NCBI GenBank assembly: GCA_964035545.1
Contig: OZ037765.1
Location: forward strand, 24,427,504 to 24,491,503
DNA: 64,000 bases
Source of the DNA: Bugula neritina
Lineage: Eukaryota > Animalia > Bryozoa
Reading direction: 5' to 3'
The stretch's first letter is position 1; every line of letters begins with the position of its first letter. The notes under the pieces were generated by a model. That model was given only the letters and a program-made list of their open reading frames with translations, was not told the DNA's origin and did not search any database. Shown piece after piece: positions 61,907 to 64,000 of the stretch. Made by a program: the position numbers and the translations under genes.

Positions 61907-62699
61907 ATTTAACTAATTTTGATGCAAAGGTTAGCTTTTTAAGGTTTTTTTAATATACAAATTCATTAGATGTTTCCTTTCACTCATTCATAGGTCTTCA
62001 TTTCAATAACTGCCCAGTTAAGATTTTTGTGCTATGTTTCTTTTCAATTCAAATATGAATGTTAATAATTATACCAAGTGACGTTAGTGAAGGAGTTGTC
62101 TTCTTAAGGTAAAGCTCATTTATAATTTAAGTATAATTATAGTCTTTACTGTAGACATAGATTACTGCTATGCACTAAATGTGTATTATAAAGTAAGATA
62201 TGCTATGTAATTGCCATCATTACTCGGTTCCAGCGCTGTCCATTTATATTTTATAATTAATACTTGGATTGTGTATTATATTCATCTTTATAGAAAATCG
62301 ACCTGGTGTAAATTCTGACTCTGAACTGGAAGGGCTTAATTGCTTGACCAGTAGTGCTAAGAATTATATCTTCAATACATTAGCCATCTCAACTAATTTT
62401 CATTGATCTTATTGCAAATGTTTTGACAGTGATACATTCAACAGCTAACAGCTTTGATGATGTATTTTTTTATATTTTTATGCTGATTGGACACAGAATG
62501 TATATTTAACATTTGGGGGGAGATGTTCAGGAATAATGAGATATATTTTTATTACCAGTATGTATACATTATGATTCTTATACGAGCAATATTGTAAGGA
62601 TATTTATTGCCATTAACTGGAACAATGGAAATGTAGAAAAATAAAACCTATATACATCTTGTGCAAAATAAAACTTTCTTTTCTCTTAATAACTTAAAA

Positions 62700-63960
62700 T
62701 TGAACTAAACAAAAGTGGTGTTGATATGTTCCATCTGTGTTAGCTGTACCTTGATCTTTTGCGGCTCTGGTGTGAATTATCCTCATGATGTTCATTCCGT
62801 TCTGTAAGTTAGCAGTAAGTTATTACTTTGAACCAGCTTTCAGAAGCCGTTAAAAATAAAGTCAATATCAGTATGAAACTCTGCACCCCTGGCTACAGGT
62901 CGATACACATGACATTGTATATTGTAACACTAATACACACCTGACACTTTACATTGTGTAAAAATTAAATGAGATGGTTTTCAGATGCTGCTGCGGCTAG
63001 AAGGAAAATTAGAAATATTTTGATATGATTTGATAAAGTTCTAAAATATTGACCAAGCCATAATTTAAACCAATAATTGTACACAATTTAGGGCAAGTGA
63101 TGCACTTACCTCTCTTGGATTGTCTGCGCATATCAGATAACCATGCAGAAGAGCTTTCATTTGAATAATTTGATGGATTCTGCATTCTTAGTATATCATC
63201 TGAAGAGAGTCTAGGTGCATCTTCAAACACACTACAACAAAAAGATGTAACCGTGTCTAAAAAGTTAAGCTTCAATTAAACTCTTATTATTGGCACATAA
63301 ACTCTTCTGCAAAACAGGGTAACAAAACCCTTCCATTTTATATGTATGGGTCTATACAGAACTTAGAAATTTTACAAATTGACAAGGTAGTTTCGTAGAG
63401 TGCTTACCGTCGCAAAATAATAACTGCTCTTCGATGTTTTGTGTCTTGCGGTCTAACACAATGTGTAACATTGTTTGCAGCATAACCACTAAAAATACAC
63501 AAAAAGCTCTGTAAAATTTATAAGAAAACTGTTTTTCAGAAACAAATTTCAATGCAATACAAATTCAGTGTGTTGCTACCACAAAAATGTCAATTTTTTC
63601 ATTATATTGAAATGTCTTACTGAAAAAAATAAAGCTGCGAGACTATTAGCTGCATGAAATACAAATTCATTTTTATTGTGATATAATAAAGTAAGAGTTC
63701 TATGTACTAGAAACGTATTTATAAATAAGCATGTTCTAATACAATTATTTATTATGTCAACATTTTTAAAAATTAATAATGGTTTTCTACAATTAATCAT
63801 AAAAAGTATAATAACAAATTTAGAAAAAGTTAGCTGATGTTATGTTAAAATACATTCGAGTACAATATTGCCATTCAACAAGATACATCTTAGTTCGTTT
63901 AGGTCTTAGAAAGATAATAGCAAGATGATAAAGCTAACTCAGGTTCTTCCAAATACATCA
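62700..63960 (-). CDS. 3' exons of an unidentified protein-coding gene (approx. 63409-63452, 63108-63232, 62700-62802)
   Basis: In-phase GT-AG exon chain ...PQDTKHRRAVIILR|RVFEDAPRLSSDD...MRRQSKR|ERNEHHEDNSHQSRKRSR; no recognisable domain. Confidence 0.4.
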
Positions 63961-64000
63961 TAATCTTAGGAAAAATCTTACAGTAATAGGATGTTGAGCT

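Overview
AT-rich, intron-dense invertebrate genomic DNA; the species cannot be determined from the sequence. Host genes in order: the 5' part of a GH35 beta-galactosidase (-), a complete TRPN/NompC channel (-), RNASEK (-), PLEKHF/Phafin (+), C11orf49/CSTPP1 (+), cytohesin (-), USP36/42 (+), and the 3' end of an unidentified gene (-). The main object is a very young, GC-rich Ty3/Gypsy LTR retrotransposon (28549-36536, - strand) inserted antisense in PLEKHF intron 1. It has identical 392-bp LTRs, a CTAA target-site duplication (TSD), a tRNA-Leu primer-binding site, and a U_UUA_AAC -1 frameshift site with a stem-loop. In the env position it carries a non-env ~489-aa ORF with an acidic/LxxLL region, two C2H2-type zinc fingers and a C-terminal leucine zipper, which looks like a transcription factor. 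Its U3 holds an ~8-bp-periodic array of ~19 CCGA/TCGG half-sites just upstream of a TATA + TCAGT initiator. The palindrome CCGAAATTCGG recurs three times inside the extra ORF, in three different codon phases. A diverged solo LTR (43445-44001, AATG TSD) keeps the same promoter architecture. Together these suggest, by inference only, a 'complex' Gypsy lineage encoding its own DNA-binding regulator and cognate LTR sites. Smaller repeats: a MITE, tRNA-SINEs, a hAT-Charlie remnant nested in a SINE, a Penelope-type hammerhead-like motif, and degenerate 3/6-bp periodic tracts around gene 5' ends.
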